A stretch of DNA of 64,000 bases from Candidatus Woesearchaeota archaeon (lineage in GTDB: Archaea; Nanobdellota; Nanobdellia; Pacearchaeales; GW2011-AR1), in contig CAZETU010000004.1 in NCBI GenBank assembly GCA_964514585.1, positions 22,726-86,725 on the forward strand, written 5' to 3'. The first letter of the stretch is position 1. The number at the start of each line of letters is the position of its first letter. Below are positions 54,449 through 64,000 of the stretch, piece by piece. A program made the translations under genes and the position numbers. The notes under the pieces were generated by a model. It saw nothing but the letters and a program-made list of their open reading frames with translations, was not told the DNA's origin and searched no databases.

Positions 54449-55365
54449 TAACTTCTACCTCCACCAGCAGCTCTTCGTTTCAAGAAAGACGCAAAATATC
54501 CAGCAAAATCCTTATCTGTTCTCAACTCTAAAGAATCTATACCAGCCTTATAGAAAAGATCCGAGAGCATAGCTTTATGACGAAGAACGTTCACACGATA
54601 TTTCTCTGACGCAATAGTTGGATCCAAAATCATCTGATTCCCGGAGTAAGGATCTTGAATAGCTAGTTGATAATTCGTCCTCGGCAACTTATCATCCAAA
54701 GGATCTCTAATCATAACCCCCATCGTCTCAAATCTTGAACCCATTAACTTAAGATTTCTCGCATTCGCCTTAGACGTCTTAATAAAATCAGAAACCAAAA
54801 TAAAAATCGTATACGGTGTTTTAATCGTTCTAAGAACATGATCAAGCGCCTTATTTAGATCAAAACCCCCACCATAAAAAGTTGGATCAGAAAGAAACTT
54901 CGTAAAAAGCGCAAACTGATTTTTGCTATTCGAGGGATACAAAATTTTCTGAACCTTATCGCTAAACATAACCAAACCAATCCTATCCCCAGAACCAACA
55001 ATCAAATGACTCATGGCCACTACAAACTCCGCGGCATACTCCGCTTTTAATCTATTCTTAGAACCAAAAAGCATACTGCTACTTACATCAACCAAAAAAT
55101 AAACATGCAAGTCCCTCTCCTCGATATACTTCTTAGCCATAATCTGATTAGCCCTTAGACTCGCCTTCCAATCAATTAAAGTCGCATCATCATCAGACTC
55201 AAATTTCCTATAAGAATCAAATTCTAGACCTTTTCCCCTAAAAATAACTTTATACAAAATTTTCTTCACCGGAAGTTTATTCATCGCCGCCTCAAACTCA
55301 GCAATCACTTTCGGAAAATTAACCATAAACTTGCCCTTCTTCGAAGCAGACTTTTCATCCGCCAT
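54448..55365 (-). CDS. DUF58-family protein
   Basis: FRGKGLEFDSYRKF, IDWKAS, LVDVSSSM, GDRIGL, VSDF. Confidence 0.92.
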   Translation of the reverse strand: MADEKSASKKGKFMVNFPKVIAEFEAAMNKLPVKKILYKVIFRGKGLEFDSYRKFESDDDATLIDWKASLRANQIMAKKYIEERDLHVYFLVDVSSSMLFGSKNRLKAEYAAEFVVAMSHLIVGSGDRIGLVMFSDKVQKILYPSNSKNQFALFTKFLSDPTFYGGGFDLNKALDHVLRTIKTPYTIFILVSDFIKTSKANARNLKLMGSRFETMGVMIRDPLDDKLPRTNYQLAIQDPYSGNQMILDPTIASEKYRVNVLRHKAMLSDLFYKAGIDSLELRTDKDFAGYFASFLKRRAAGGGRS

Positions 55366-55366
55366 T

Positions 55367-56404
55367 TTAAGGAACACTCACTTTAGAAATAATATGCTTA
55401 ATAATCTTGTCCGTAGTAACTTTTTCGGCCTCAGCCTCATAATTCAAAATAATCCTATGTCTCAAAACAGGATAAGAAACAATCTGAACATCCTTGGGAG
55501 TAACATAATCTCGACCACACATCAACGCCTCAGCTTTAGACGCAATATACATTGCAATCGAAGCCCTAGGACTAGCCCCATAAGAAATATAATTCGAAAA
55601 TTCCATCGTCTTACTTCTCGTCTCAGTAACAATCTTAACAATATATTCCTCAATAGCCTCAGAAGTAAAAACCTTCTTAACCTGATCTTGCAATTTCAAA
55701 ATCTGCTCAATCGAAATAACCGGTTTCAAACCATATTCTTCAAACGTTTTTATCGTAGTATTCCTACTCAAAATAAGTCTCTCCTCATCACTCTTAGGAT
55801 AGCCAATTAACAACTTAAACAAAAACCTATCAACCTGAGCTTCAGGAAGAGTATAAACACCACTAACCTCCAAGGGGTTCTCAGTAGCCATAACAAAGAA
55901 CGGAACCGGCAACTTATGGGTCTCTCTAGCGATAGTAACCTCCTTCTCTTGCATCGCCTCTAACAAAGCCGACTGAGTCTTAGGCGGACTTCGATTAATT
56001 TCGTCAGCCAAAAGAAAATTAGTAAAAACCGGGCCCTTCACAATTTCAAAACCTTTCTCCGGAGTATAACTCATAATACCCGTAATATCTGTAGGCAACA
56101 AATCAACAGTAAACTGAACCCTCTTCATATCACAATCTAAAATAGTAGCAATAGATTTCACAATAACTGTCTTCGCCACACCAGGAACACCCTCAACCAA
56201 AACATGACCATTACAAAGTATCGCCCTCATTATCCCATGAACAATCTCCTTCTGTCCTACAACAGTTTTAGCCAATTCCCGATTCATATCCTCAAGAATC
56301 TTCTGCAAATCAACATCTTTCATTTTGCTAACATCAACAACCTTATCGTTTGATTTAACAGGTTTTTCAGACTTCTTACTTTTCTTCACCTTTCTTTTTG
56401 CCAT
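55367..56404 (-). CDS. moxR: MoxR-family AAA+ ATPase
   Basis: GHVLVEGVPGVAKT, RVQFTVDLLPTDITG, LADEINRSPPKTQSALLEAMQE, ATENP, DRF, GASPRA. Confidence 0.96.
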   Translation of the reverse strand: MAKRKVKKSKKSEKPVKSNDKVVDVSKMKDVDLQKILEDMNRELAKTVVGQKEIVHGIMRAILCNGHVLVEGVPGVAKTVIVKSIATILDCDMKRVQFTVDLLPTDITGIMSYTPEKGFEIVKGPVFTNFLLADEINRSPPKTQSALLEAMQEKEVTIARETHKLPVPFFVMATENPLEVSGVYTLPEAQVDRFLFKLLIGYPKSDEERLILSRNTTIKTFEEYGLKPVISIEQILKLQDQVKKVFTSEAIEEYIVKIVTETRSKTMEFSNYISYGASPRASIAMYIASKAEALMCGRDYVTPKDVQIVSYPVLRHRIILNYEAEAEKVTTDKIIKHIISKVSVP

Positions 56405-59400
56405 CACCTATGAGTCCCCTCTATATACTCATCCTCCCTGTATTTATTAAACTTTACTCTTTTATAAACATAAAAAACAAACCCGACAACAAAAACTATC
56501 AAAGTCAGAAAAGAAATATAATAAAAATTATCCCTAACAAACCCCTCAACCCCATACTGAATTTGCTCGTTGGCAGAAATCGAAATCTCACAGGCGGCAG
56601 TAGCTTCCTCAGCTATTCTGATAGAATTAGTATAATCACCATCCTCAAACGCAACCCTAGCCGTCCTAACCAACTCAGTCAACTCCAAACACTCCGGATT
56701 ATCAGCAATAAACTGCTCCGTAAAAATCAAAATATGCTCCGCCTCACTCTCATTAATTTTTCTAACATCAATCGTAAAATCCCCCCAATCTTCAAATTTA
56801 GGAGAACCAACATTGGCAAAAACCGTCGCAGTATACTTGCCCTCAGAATGTGTATCCGCACTAATTCTCATAGCAAAATCCTTAGACTCATTAATAGTCA
56901 AAGTATCAATATAATCCGTCCCAAGAGAAATCTTAACATTATCAGAAAATTCATTATTAAATTTCACAATACTCCTCAAATTAATACTAGCAAGATCAAC
57001 ACTCCCAGTATTCCAAACAGCAAAAGGAACATCAATATAATTATCCTCAGAAACGACTATGTCCCTAGGAAAAATAAGCTTAATTGAAAAACGCTCCAAC
57101 TTAGTAGTACTAGAGCCAGAGCCACCAGAACTTGGTCTAGGCGTAGGCGTCGGAACAACAGGTGGTACAATAAATTCAACTTCAAATTCATTACTCGTCA
57201 CATTACCAATTAAAACATTGCTCGAATCATACTCATAAGCAGTTATAGTCAACCTATCAGTAGTAGCCCCAAAAGATTTCAAAGTAATAACCCAAGAATT
57301 ATCAACCAAAACCCCCGCCGTTTCAGAACTAGCCTCGATAAGACCCGAACCGTTAATTGTTTCAAGAGTAAAATTAATAGTCTGATTTATCGTCTTATCC
57401 CAATAATCAGCATCCTCAAAATACTCATACAAATCAATATCAATATCAGTACCATATGGGATAGGCCCCTTATCAGAAAGATAAGCCGAATCCTTAATAG
57501 TCAAATTTTGATTAGTATGAGTAATATTAACCTTCCAATTAATACTCTGATTCAATTCAGGATAACTCGGATTATAAACCAACAAAGTCAAATTTTTCCA
57601 TTTCCCATAACCCTCATCGTCATAACCAGAAGTAAAATTCCAAGTAAAATTCGCATCAGCAACCCAAGTAAAATTTGTCGCATTTCTAAGACTACCAGCA
57701 GAAATTAAAGTCGTATAATTATACATAGTCAAATTAGAATAGACAATTTTATCCATATATATTTTATAAGTCAAATTCGTATCATTGACAGCATAATCAA
57801 CTTCAAAGTCCAAATCTCCAGTCGCATTCGCCTCTTTCCAAAGAAACTCATAACTAGAACCAGGAGAAGTAATATTGGGTGTCCCATAAATCGTCAAAGT
57901 AAAAATCTGCCAATCAACGGCTCCAGCAGAATCATTAACTGATAAATTATATTCATAATAACCAGCAACACTCTCGTTCAAAGTCTGATTTATCACTCCA
58001 GTCGTCAACCCAATATTCAAAATATCATTACCTGTAATATTAACCAAAGTAAAATTCAAAACACCTGCCGTATCGTTCCCATCTTCCTGATCGCTAGCAT
58101 TAATGTCAACATAAAAAATATCCTGAGAAGTTAAAACATAGTTACTAACAGCAGTCAAATTAGGATCATCATTAGACTCCGTAATATTCAAAATAAAATA
58201 AGTCGAATTATAAGAACCGCCAGCGTCAGTTACATTCACGGTAACATTATAATCACCGACGTGAATTCCATCCGGAGTAAACTCCGCCAAATAAGTAGCC
58301 GTTCCGCCAGAATCCGGAGCAACACTCAAAGTAAAAGTAAAAGAAATTGGCGTCGTAACAACAGTCAAATTTGTAAAAGTCAAATTAAAAGTCAGAGTCT
58401 CATTATAAGTTGCATTCTGAATCGCAGGAATAAGAAAATCTTGATCCGTAATGTCCAAACTTATCTGATTAAGAGTATCTTCAGTAGCCGCCTGAGGACT
58501 AGCAATCGCACCCAAAAACGGACTATCAACAATATTGTTAATTGTAAAATTAAAAACCTCAGAACTATTCAACTTTCCATCGTCAGCATAAAGAGTCACT
58601 AAATGATTTCCAACATCAACATCGCTAGGAGTAAAATTAATTATCCAATTCCCACTCGCATTACTCAAATTAAAATTGTCAAACGGCGTATTATTAGAAT
58701 AGTGAAAAAACACAACATCCCCGTCAGTATCATTAACATAATCGCTCAAATTGATCCCCCCCCAAGTCGAATTATCTTCATTGATAGAAAAATTATATTG
58801 CTTGCTTAGATTCCAATCGGCAGCATTATCAGTCAAAATCTCAACAGTAAAAACCTCAGAATCAGAATTCCCCACAGCATCAGTCGCATTAATTAAAATA
58901 CTATAATTGGCATCCGTCGAATTAACCGAATAAATATAATCATAATTAACTTTTACCGTCGCTCTAGTATAATTATTACCAAATCCATTAACTTCACTCT
59001 CTATAGTCACCCAACTAGTATTAGAATCAAAACTCACAACTTCCGCCTTCACGCTTCCATCTGCAATCAACAAATCCTCATCGAAAGCATCCACAGCAAA
59101 TGTATCATTGAAATAAATTGAAATATCACTAATCGAATTCATGACAACCCCATCCTCAGTCCAATTAACAAAAATATCTATCTCAGGAAAAGAAGAATCT
59201 GGAATAGTATAATCAATAACACTAAAATTAATCGTCCAATTACCAACCTCTCTCTTGGTGGGCGTGAAATTAATGTAAGCAGTCTGAGCAAAGTTAGAGG
59301 CATTAGACAAATTCTCAGCATAAAACCAATCCCGATTACTCTCATAATAAGCCCCCCCCCAAGTCTTAAAATCGGCATAACTTGAAGCATTCAATACATC

Positions 59401-60297
59401 GTCCTCTCCCCTAGTTGTAATATTAATGTGACAAGAAAAAGGCTGCCCCTCCGTCAAAACCTGCCCAGTGCAATTTGAAACATTAACGGTCAGCGAAGAG
59501 AAAACATTAAATTTCACAACATAAACAGAAGTAGACTTATTAACTTCATAAGTCGCATTTTCACAATAAACATGTGGGCAGTTATAATTCTCACCAGCAT
59601 CCATAATAGTAATATTCGCCCAATAAACCCCTACATCATTATGAGTAGCTGTCATATTCATCTCCGCAGAAGCATTCGTCACAGAAGTCAAATTAAAAAT
59701 ACTACAATTCTCACCGACACTCCTTCCAGACCAAGTCGCATGAGTACAGTTATTAATCCAAGCCAAATCAAAACGAAGTGGGTAGTGTGACTCTTCATCA
59801 ACAGCGTTAACGGTCTCAGAAGAAAAAATATCTTGAGTAAAATTATACTCCGATATCAAATTAATTACATCGGGAACATCATTCGTCGCATTAATCTGAA
59901 ACTCAAAATCCTCAACCGTGGCACCAGTACTAAGATTAGTGGCCTGAATAGGAATCTCAAAAAACCCCGTCTGATTATCATAAAGAACATCAATCGTCAA
60001 ATACTCAGAAAGTCCACCAGAAAGATAAATCCAATCAGAAACTTCACTCGGTGTCACGCTTTGAACACCTAAAGAACCAGTCCAAACAATATCAGTAGCA
60101 GTATCTATACTAAAATTAACATCATTAGCAAACCCCGTAATATTCAAACTAAAATTATGATAATATGGCGTTTCTTCAACCGTCGTATAATTCACATCAG
60201 ATGCTCCATTAATCCAGTCAGGCGCCGCTGCAAGAACAAAAACCATCAAGACAATCACAACCAACAAAAAAACAAAACTATTTCTTCTCATCTTCAT
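56404..60297 (-). CDS. Large (~1300 aa) surface protein with cadherin/Ig-like repeats and C-terminal TM
   Basis: Signal peptide, repeated NDxP/DxD cadherin-like motifs, abundant N-x-S/T sequons, PTPTP/SSGGSGSS linker, C-terminal TM. Confidence 0.88.
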   Translation of the reverse strand: MKMRRNSFVFLLVVIVLMVFVLAAAPDWINGASDVNYTTVEETPYYHNFSLNITGFANDVNFSIDTATDIVWTGSLGVQSVTPSEVSDWIYLSGGLSEYLTIDVLYDNQTGFFEIPIQATNLSTGATVEDFEFQINATNDVPDVINLISEYNFTQDIFSSETVNAVDEESHYPLRFDLAWINNCTHATWSGRSVGENCSIFNLTSVTNASAEMNMTATHNDVGVYWANITIMDAGENYNCPHVYCENATYEVNKSTSVYVVKFNVFSSLTVNVSNCTGQVLTEGQPFSCHINITTRGEDDVLNASSYADFKTWGGAYYESNRDWFYAENLSNASNFAQTAYINFTPTKREVGNWTINFSVIDYTIPDSSFPEIDIFVNWTEDGVVMNSISDISIYFNDTFAVDAFDEDLLIADGSVKAEVVSFDSNTSWVTIESEVNGFGNNYTRATVKVNYDYIYSVNSTDANYSILINATDAVGNSDSEVFTVEILTDNAADWNLSKQYNFSINEDNSTWGGINLSDYVNDTDGDVVFFHYSNNTPFDNFNLSNASGNWIINFTPSDVDVGNHLVTLYADDGKLNSSEVFNFTINNIVDSPFLGAIASPQAATEDTLNQISLDITDQDFLIPAIQNATYNETLTFNLTFTNLTVVTTPISFTFTLSVAPDSGGTATYLAEFTPDGIHVGDYNVTVNVTDAGGSYNSTYFILNITESNDDPNLTAVSNYVLTSQDIFYVDINASDQEDGNDTAGVLNFTLVNITGNDILNIGLTTGVINQTLNESVAGYYEYNLSVNDSAGAVDWQIFTLTIYGTPNITSPGSSYEFLWKEANATGDLDFEVDYAVNDTNLTYKIYMDKIVYSNLTMYNYTTLISAGSLRNATNFTWVADANFTWNFTSGYDDEGYGKWKNLTLLVYNPSYPELNQSINWKVNITHTNQNLTIKDSAYLSDKGPIPYGTDIDIDLYEYFEDADYWDKTINQTINFTLETINGSGLIEASSETAGVLVDNSWVITLKSFGATTDRLTITAYEYDSSNVLIGNVTSNEFEVEFIVPPVVPTPTPRPSSGGSGSSTTKLERFSIKLIFPRDIVVSEDNYIDVPFAVWNTGSVDLASINLRSIVKFNNEFSDNVKISLGTDYIDTLTINESKDFAMRISADTHSEGKYTATVFANVGSPKFEDWGDFTIDVRKINESEAEHILIFTEQFIADNPECLELTELVRTARVAFEDGDYTNSIRIAEEATAACEISISANEQIQYGVEGFVRDNFYYISFLTLIVFVVGFVFYVYKRVKFNKYREDEYIEGTHR

Positions 60298-60448
60298 CAA
60301 CCTCCACCAACATACTCTTCTTATCAGCATCAAAACGAATCTTAATCTTCTGCTTAATCTTCAAATCCAAAGTATCAATAATTGCCTTAGGTATCTTAAT
60401 CCGATGACCCGTCTGAATACTATTGTCTTTGAAAATTATCTCTGTCAT
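60278..60448 (-). CDS. AbrB/MazE/SpoVT-family DNA-binding protein
   Basis: IQTGHRIKIPKAIIDTLDLKIKQKIKI pattern. Confidence 0.75.
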   Translation of the reverse strand: MTEIIFKDNSIQTGHRIKIPKAIIDTLDLKIKQKIKIRFDADKKSMLVEVDEDEKK

Positions 60449-60516
60449 TTTAACCCCTTTTATATACCATGTATATACCAAAAAAGTACCTTAAAAAGTA
60501 TATAAACTTAACGCCC

Positions 60517-62553
60517 CTAGCTGGACCTAGAAAGTCTATATCCAGAATTCACAGGTATCGTCTGTAAACGCCTCTTCATTACAACTTCTCTATTTCTCAT
60601 AATCTTAATCACCCTATACAAAACAATCAACAAGATTATCAAGAGAAGAATTATCAAGATAACAAAAATAAATCCATAGATTCCCATAGGTGTTTCTACT
60701 GGACACTGATAAGGACATGGGCCTCCACAATCAACACCAAACTCTCCCTGATTCTGAACCCCATCATCACAAGTCGGACAAATTTCACAAGGACCTCCAC
60801 AATCAACAAGCAACTCACAAGCCCCATCATGACAATTCTTAATTCCATCAGAACAACTAGGATTCGACGTATAATGACACACCTGAGATTCAACAGGCAC
60901 TGGAATTATAGGAACACTATTATTACAATAATTAATGTCATAACACTGTTTCATTTGAAAACCACAAAGCACACCATGATATCCATTCTGATTACAAATC
61001 TCTATCCAATAAAGATGATCTTCTTGTGTTATAGACTTAACAGCAAATGCGCTAAGAACACTATGGCAAACATCCCAATCATCACAAACCCAATCCTCAA
61101 AACAATATTCAGCGCCACCTCCGCCACCTCCGCCAGAAGGAGGCTCAGGGCAAGCAACATAAGAAACACTCACGTTCCAAGTATAGAAATCACTTAACAC
61201 TCCATCAGTAGTAATAATTTTCATATAATGAAGCCCAGAAACTCCACACCCAAAAACATGAGTAAAATTATCAAAAGAAATATTTTCATTATGCTCAATC
61301 AAAACATCGTCAACATACCAATCAATATCAGGAATAGTGCCATCAGGATCACTAACAGTAACATTCAAGAAAACAGCAGAAGCCCCACTAGTAAATAAAC
61401 TACCGTTAGGAAAATAATCAACAATTTCGGGGGGTCGATTAACATTAGTAACAGTCAAAGTAAAATTATCACAAACAGAAATAGATTCATTATCCCCAGA
61501 GCTACAAAGACTAATATTTTCATGATAAATTGGCAATGGATTATCCTGAACACAAACCTCTATGGAATAAATCCCAAGCTCAGCAGCAATAGGAGTATAG
61601 TTCATAACCCCATAATTATCAATCGTAAATAAATTTGCAGCCCCTCCAAAAGTCAAATTAAAAACAAAGTCACCACCAGAAGAAACCCCGTCCTCAACAT
61701 CACTAACATCCATCTGATGATCAAAACTAGAATTCTCCCCAGCAAGCCAAACAGTTTGAGCCCCAAGTCCAACCATATTAGGAGGATTATTTACCCCAAT
61801 CACTGTTATGTTCGTCAGAGCACTGTCGCTATCCAACTCCCCATCCACAACCGAAACAACCTCCTCATAAACCCAAAAACCATTAACAACCTCACCGGCA
61901 TCAGCCTTATCTAATATCCCAGAAATTATAGAAAAATAATTAACAATTCCTACTCTAGTAAGATAACGAGTAAAAAACGGATTCTTTGGAGAAATATCAT
62001 GAGACAAAACCTCATTATCAATATCAGTCGCGTTAAAAGGATGATACAAGGACTCTCCCTCACAAACATAAATATCATCAGGGATATAACCCAACTGCGG
62101 CTCATTATTAGGAAGAGAAACAGTAAAAATAACCGTCTTATTAACCCAGCCAACACCAGCCTCAAAAGCCGACACCGTCAATAAATTGCCACCTATAACC
62201 GCAGTAATCGAACTATTTGGAGAAAAAGGAATGTCAACATAAACCCAACTGTTATTATCCAGTCTATAAAGAGAATACTTCCAACTACTAGCAGCAAAAT
62301 TAGCAGAAACATTCAACGACAAAATATAAGGATCACTAACGTTAAAATAATAGGTCTGATTCAAAGGGGAATAAATTGTAACACTACGCGAATCCTGAAC
62401 ATCAATTGAAACAATCCCAGTATCGTTAGCCACTGCATACCCCGTGAGCAAAACTGGAGAAAGAGAAATATTGAAAAAATAAAACATAGAAAATCCTAAA
62501 AAAACAATCATCACCAAGAACAAACCTAACGCCAAGAATACATCCCTTTTCAT
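60517..62553 (-). CDS. Surface protein with cadherin-like repeats and Cys-rich CxDG...DCGGPC modules
   Basis: N- and C-terminal TMs, NNEP/NNPP/NRPP repeat starts, PPSGGGGGG linker, two DCGGPC modules. Confidence 0.88.
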   Translation of the reverse strand: MKRDVFLALGLFLVMIVFLGFSMFYFFNISLSPVLLTGYAVANDTGIVSIDVQDSRSVTIYSPLNQTYYFNVSDPYILSLNVSANFAASSWKYSLYRLDNNSWVYVDIPFSPNSSITAVIGGNLLTVSAFEAGVGWVNKTVIFTVSLPNNEPQLGYIPDDIYVCEGESLYHPFNATDIDNEVLSHDISPKNPFFTRYLTRVGIVNYFSIISGILDKADAGEVVNGFWVYEEVVSVVDGELDSDSALTNITVIGVNNPPNMVGLGAQTVWLAGENSSFDHQMDVSDVEDGVSSGGDFVFNLTFGGAANLFTIDNYGVMNYTPIAAELGIYSIEVCVQDNPLPIYHENISLCSSGDNESISVCDNFTLTVTNVNRPPEIVDYFPNGSLFTSGASAVFLNVTVSDPDGTIPDIDWYVDDVLIEHNENISFDNFTHVFGCGVSGLHYMKIITTDGVLSDFYTWNVSVSYVACPEPPSGGGGGGGAEYCFEDWVCDDWDVCHSVLSAFAVKSITQEDHLYWIEICNQNGYHGVLCGFQMKQCYDINYCNNSVPIIPVPVESQVCHYTSNPSCSDGIKNCHDGACELLVDCGGPCEICPTCDDGVQNQGEFGVDCGGPCPYQCPVETPMGIYGFIFVILIILLLIILLIVLYRVIKIMRNREVVMKRRLQTIPVNSGYRLSRSS

Positions 62554-62593
62554 AAAATACTAGAGTAATTCGCAATATAAAAAAGTTCCCAAA

Positions 62594-63664
62594 TTACTTT
62601 TTCTTCTTTGGCTTCCTAGTAAAAATAAAAATTCTCCAAACCAAAACGCCGAGCAGAACAACGCCGAGCAGAACATAAATCAAATTAAAATAATTAAAAC
62701 CGGGCACACCCCTCAAAAGAACAACTCTAGAAGTAACTTCATCGCCATAATGTAAAACTATTTCCGCTTCAACATTTTCTCCAGTAATACTGGAAGTATC
62801 CAAAAACCCCCCAATAGATATAGTTTCCCAAGGACCCAAAACTTCAGTAGGAGTAACAAACGAAGCATCGCTATTCAAAATACTAACCCCCATATAAAAA
62901 TCGTTTATCCTTTTATTCCAAAAACTCTCCACATCAACCTGAAATCTTTCAATACCCCCTTGCTTCAACTCATTACTATAATCTAAAACGCCAACATAAA
63001 ATTCACCAACTCTAAAAGAACTCTCACTCAAAGCAAACTTACCCTCGCCATAATCACTAAAAACAATCACAACATAATCGCCAGGAGAATATCCCGAAGT
63101 GTCAAAAGAAACACCATGAGAAATCGACGAACGAGCATCTATTTTCTCCAAAGCAAAATCAAAAGTCTCAATCTCCTCACCATCCTTAAAAATTTGCACA
63201 ACCGAAACAGCCTCGGTATCTATAACACCCCGATTAAACAAAGTAAAGGTAAAATCAACCACCTCCCCAAAATTAACATTAGAAATAGACAATTCAGGCT
63301 CAATATATTCTTCAGGATAAGGAATTCTCACCTTTAATATTCCCTTAGTTTCAGAAATACCATCCGTAGCAACAACCATAACACTACTAATACCATAAAC
63401 ATCCAAATTAAAAGGCAAAGTCAAACTAGCAATCACATCCTCTCTTCCTTTAATGCGATTTTTATCAAGAGTTAGATATTCCGCCAATTCTCCCTCAATA
63501 TGCAAATCAACATCAGCGTTCCCATCGAAAACAAAATCGAAAACAAAATCCCTTTCCAACCCCGGCTCAAAATCAACATCGTAACTCACAGGATTAACTC
63601 CAGAAATTCCAAGAACCCCACTACATAAAAAAATCAAAATCCCAAAAATCAAAATCCTCTTCAT
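62594..63664 (-). CDS. Secreted/membrane-anchored Ig-like protein
   Basis: Signal peptide, beta-rich acidic body, C-terminal TM plus basic tail. Confidence 0.82.
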   Translation of the reverse strand: MKRILIFGILIFLCSGVLGISGVNPVSYDVDFEPGLERDFVFDFVFDGNADVDLHIEGELAEYLTLDKNRIKGREDVIASLTLPFNLDVYGISSVMVVATDGISETKGILKVRIPYPEEYIEPELSISNVNFGEVVDFTFTLFNRGVIDTEAVSVVQIFKDGEEIETFDFALEKIDARSSISHGVSFDTSGYSPGDYVVIVFSDYGEGKFALSESSFRVGEFYVGVLDYSNELKQGGIERFQVDVESFWNKRINDFYMGVSILNSDASFVTPTEVLGPWETISIGGFLDTSSITGENVEAEIVLHYGDEVTSRVVLLRGVPGFNYFNLIYVLLGVVLLGVLVWRIFIFTRKPKKKK

Positions 63665-63704
63665 AAAATACTCACACAAAAATACTTTTTATTACTATCT
63701 AAAA

Positions 63705-64000
63705 TCACGGCTTAATACAAAGACCATTACAAGAAACGCCAACAGATGAACTAGTACACTTAACCCGAGCACCACTAACGTAACTTGAATCAGTACCAGG
63801 ACCCGTATAGGTAACAGTCAAACCAAAACCACTAGCACATTCTATATAACAAGTACACCCATACCCAGAACTATCACAATCACAATTAACATCATAAGAA
63901 CTTACACCAACCCAACTACTCTTACAATCACTACCAACACAAATCTGAGAACAAGAACCAGGAGTACTGCATTTCGTATCCGTATTTGTATCTATATCAT
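63705..64000 (-). CDS. C-terminal part of a Cys-rich secreted protein (truncated by the window edge)
   Basis: Hand translation, 97 codons then TGA: DIDTNTDTKCSTPGSCSQICVGSDCKSSW...CNGLCIKP*. Confidence 0.78.
   Translation of the reverse strand, partial: DIDTNTDTKCSTPGSCSQICVGSDCKSSWVGVSSYDVNCDCDSSGYGCTCYIECASGFGLTVTYTGPGTDSSYVSGARVKCTSSSVGVSCNGLCIKP

Noticed and set aside
1-64000. CRISPR arrays, rRNA, SRP/RNase P RNA, transposases, integrases, prophage genes
   Set aside because: No repeat-spacer periodicity, no long GC-rich intergenic region and no ORF with the relevant motifs was seen.

Overview
Archaeal chromosomal window, most likely from a DPANN lineage (Pacearchaeota/Woesearchaeota-like; inferred from gene content, not from a database search). 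It contains: (1) a 5'-truncated SMC ATPase with a Rad50-like CPVC zinc hook at its coiled-coil apex and no visible hinge domain; (2) the rpoH-rpoB-rpoA-rpl30e-nusA-rps12-rps7-fusA-tuf superoperon on the minus strand, with A'/A'' fused and several active-centre substitutions (NADFDGD to GADFDGD); (3) an LpxC-like gene; (4) a ~11.5 kb deoxynucleotide cluster (dcd, NUDIX, DUF1653-dut, DUF1653, nrdG, split nrdD, nrdR with tandem NrdR boxes, glyA, tmk-thyX fusion, tmk, DNPH1-like); (5) housekeeping genes (dnaG, nfo, rfcL/S, endA, rps17e, alba, Sm, rnz, glyS, minD); (6) five tRNAs and one interrupted tRNA-Cys copy; (7) a MoxR-DUF58-vWA cassette joined to large cadherin-like and Cys-rich surface proteins. 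I also found several unannotated micro-ORFs and structured intergenic elements. No CRISPR array, rRNA, transposase or integrase was seen. All calls come from manual motif reading; no searches were run.
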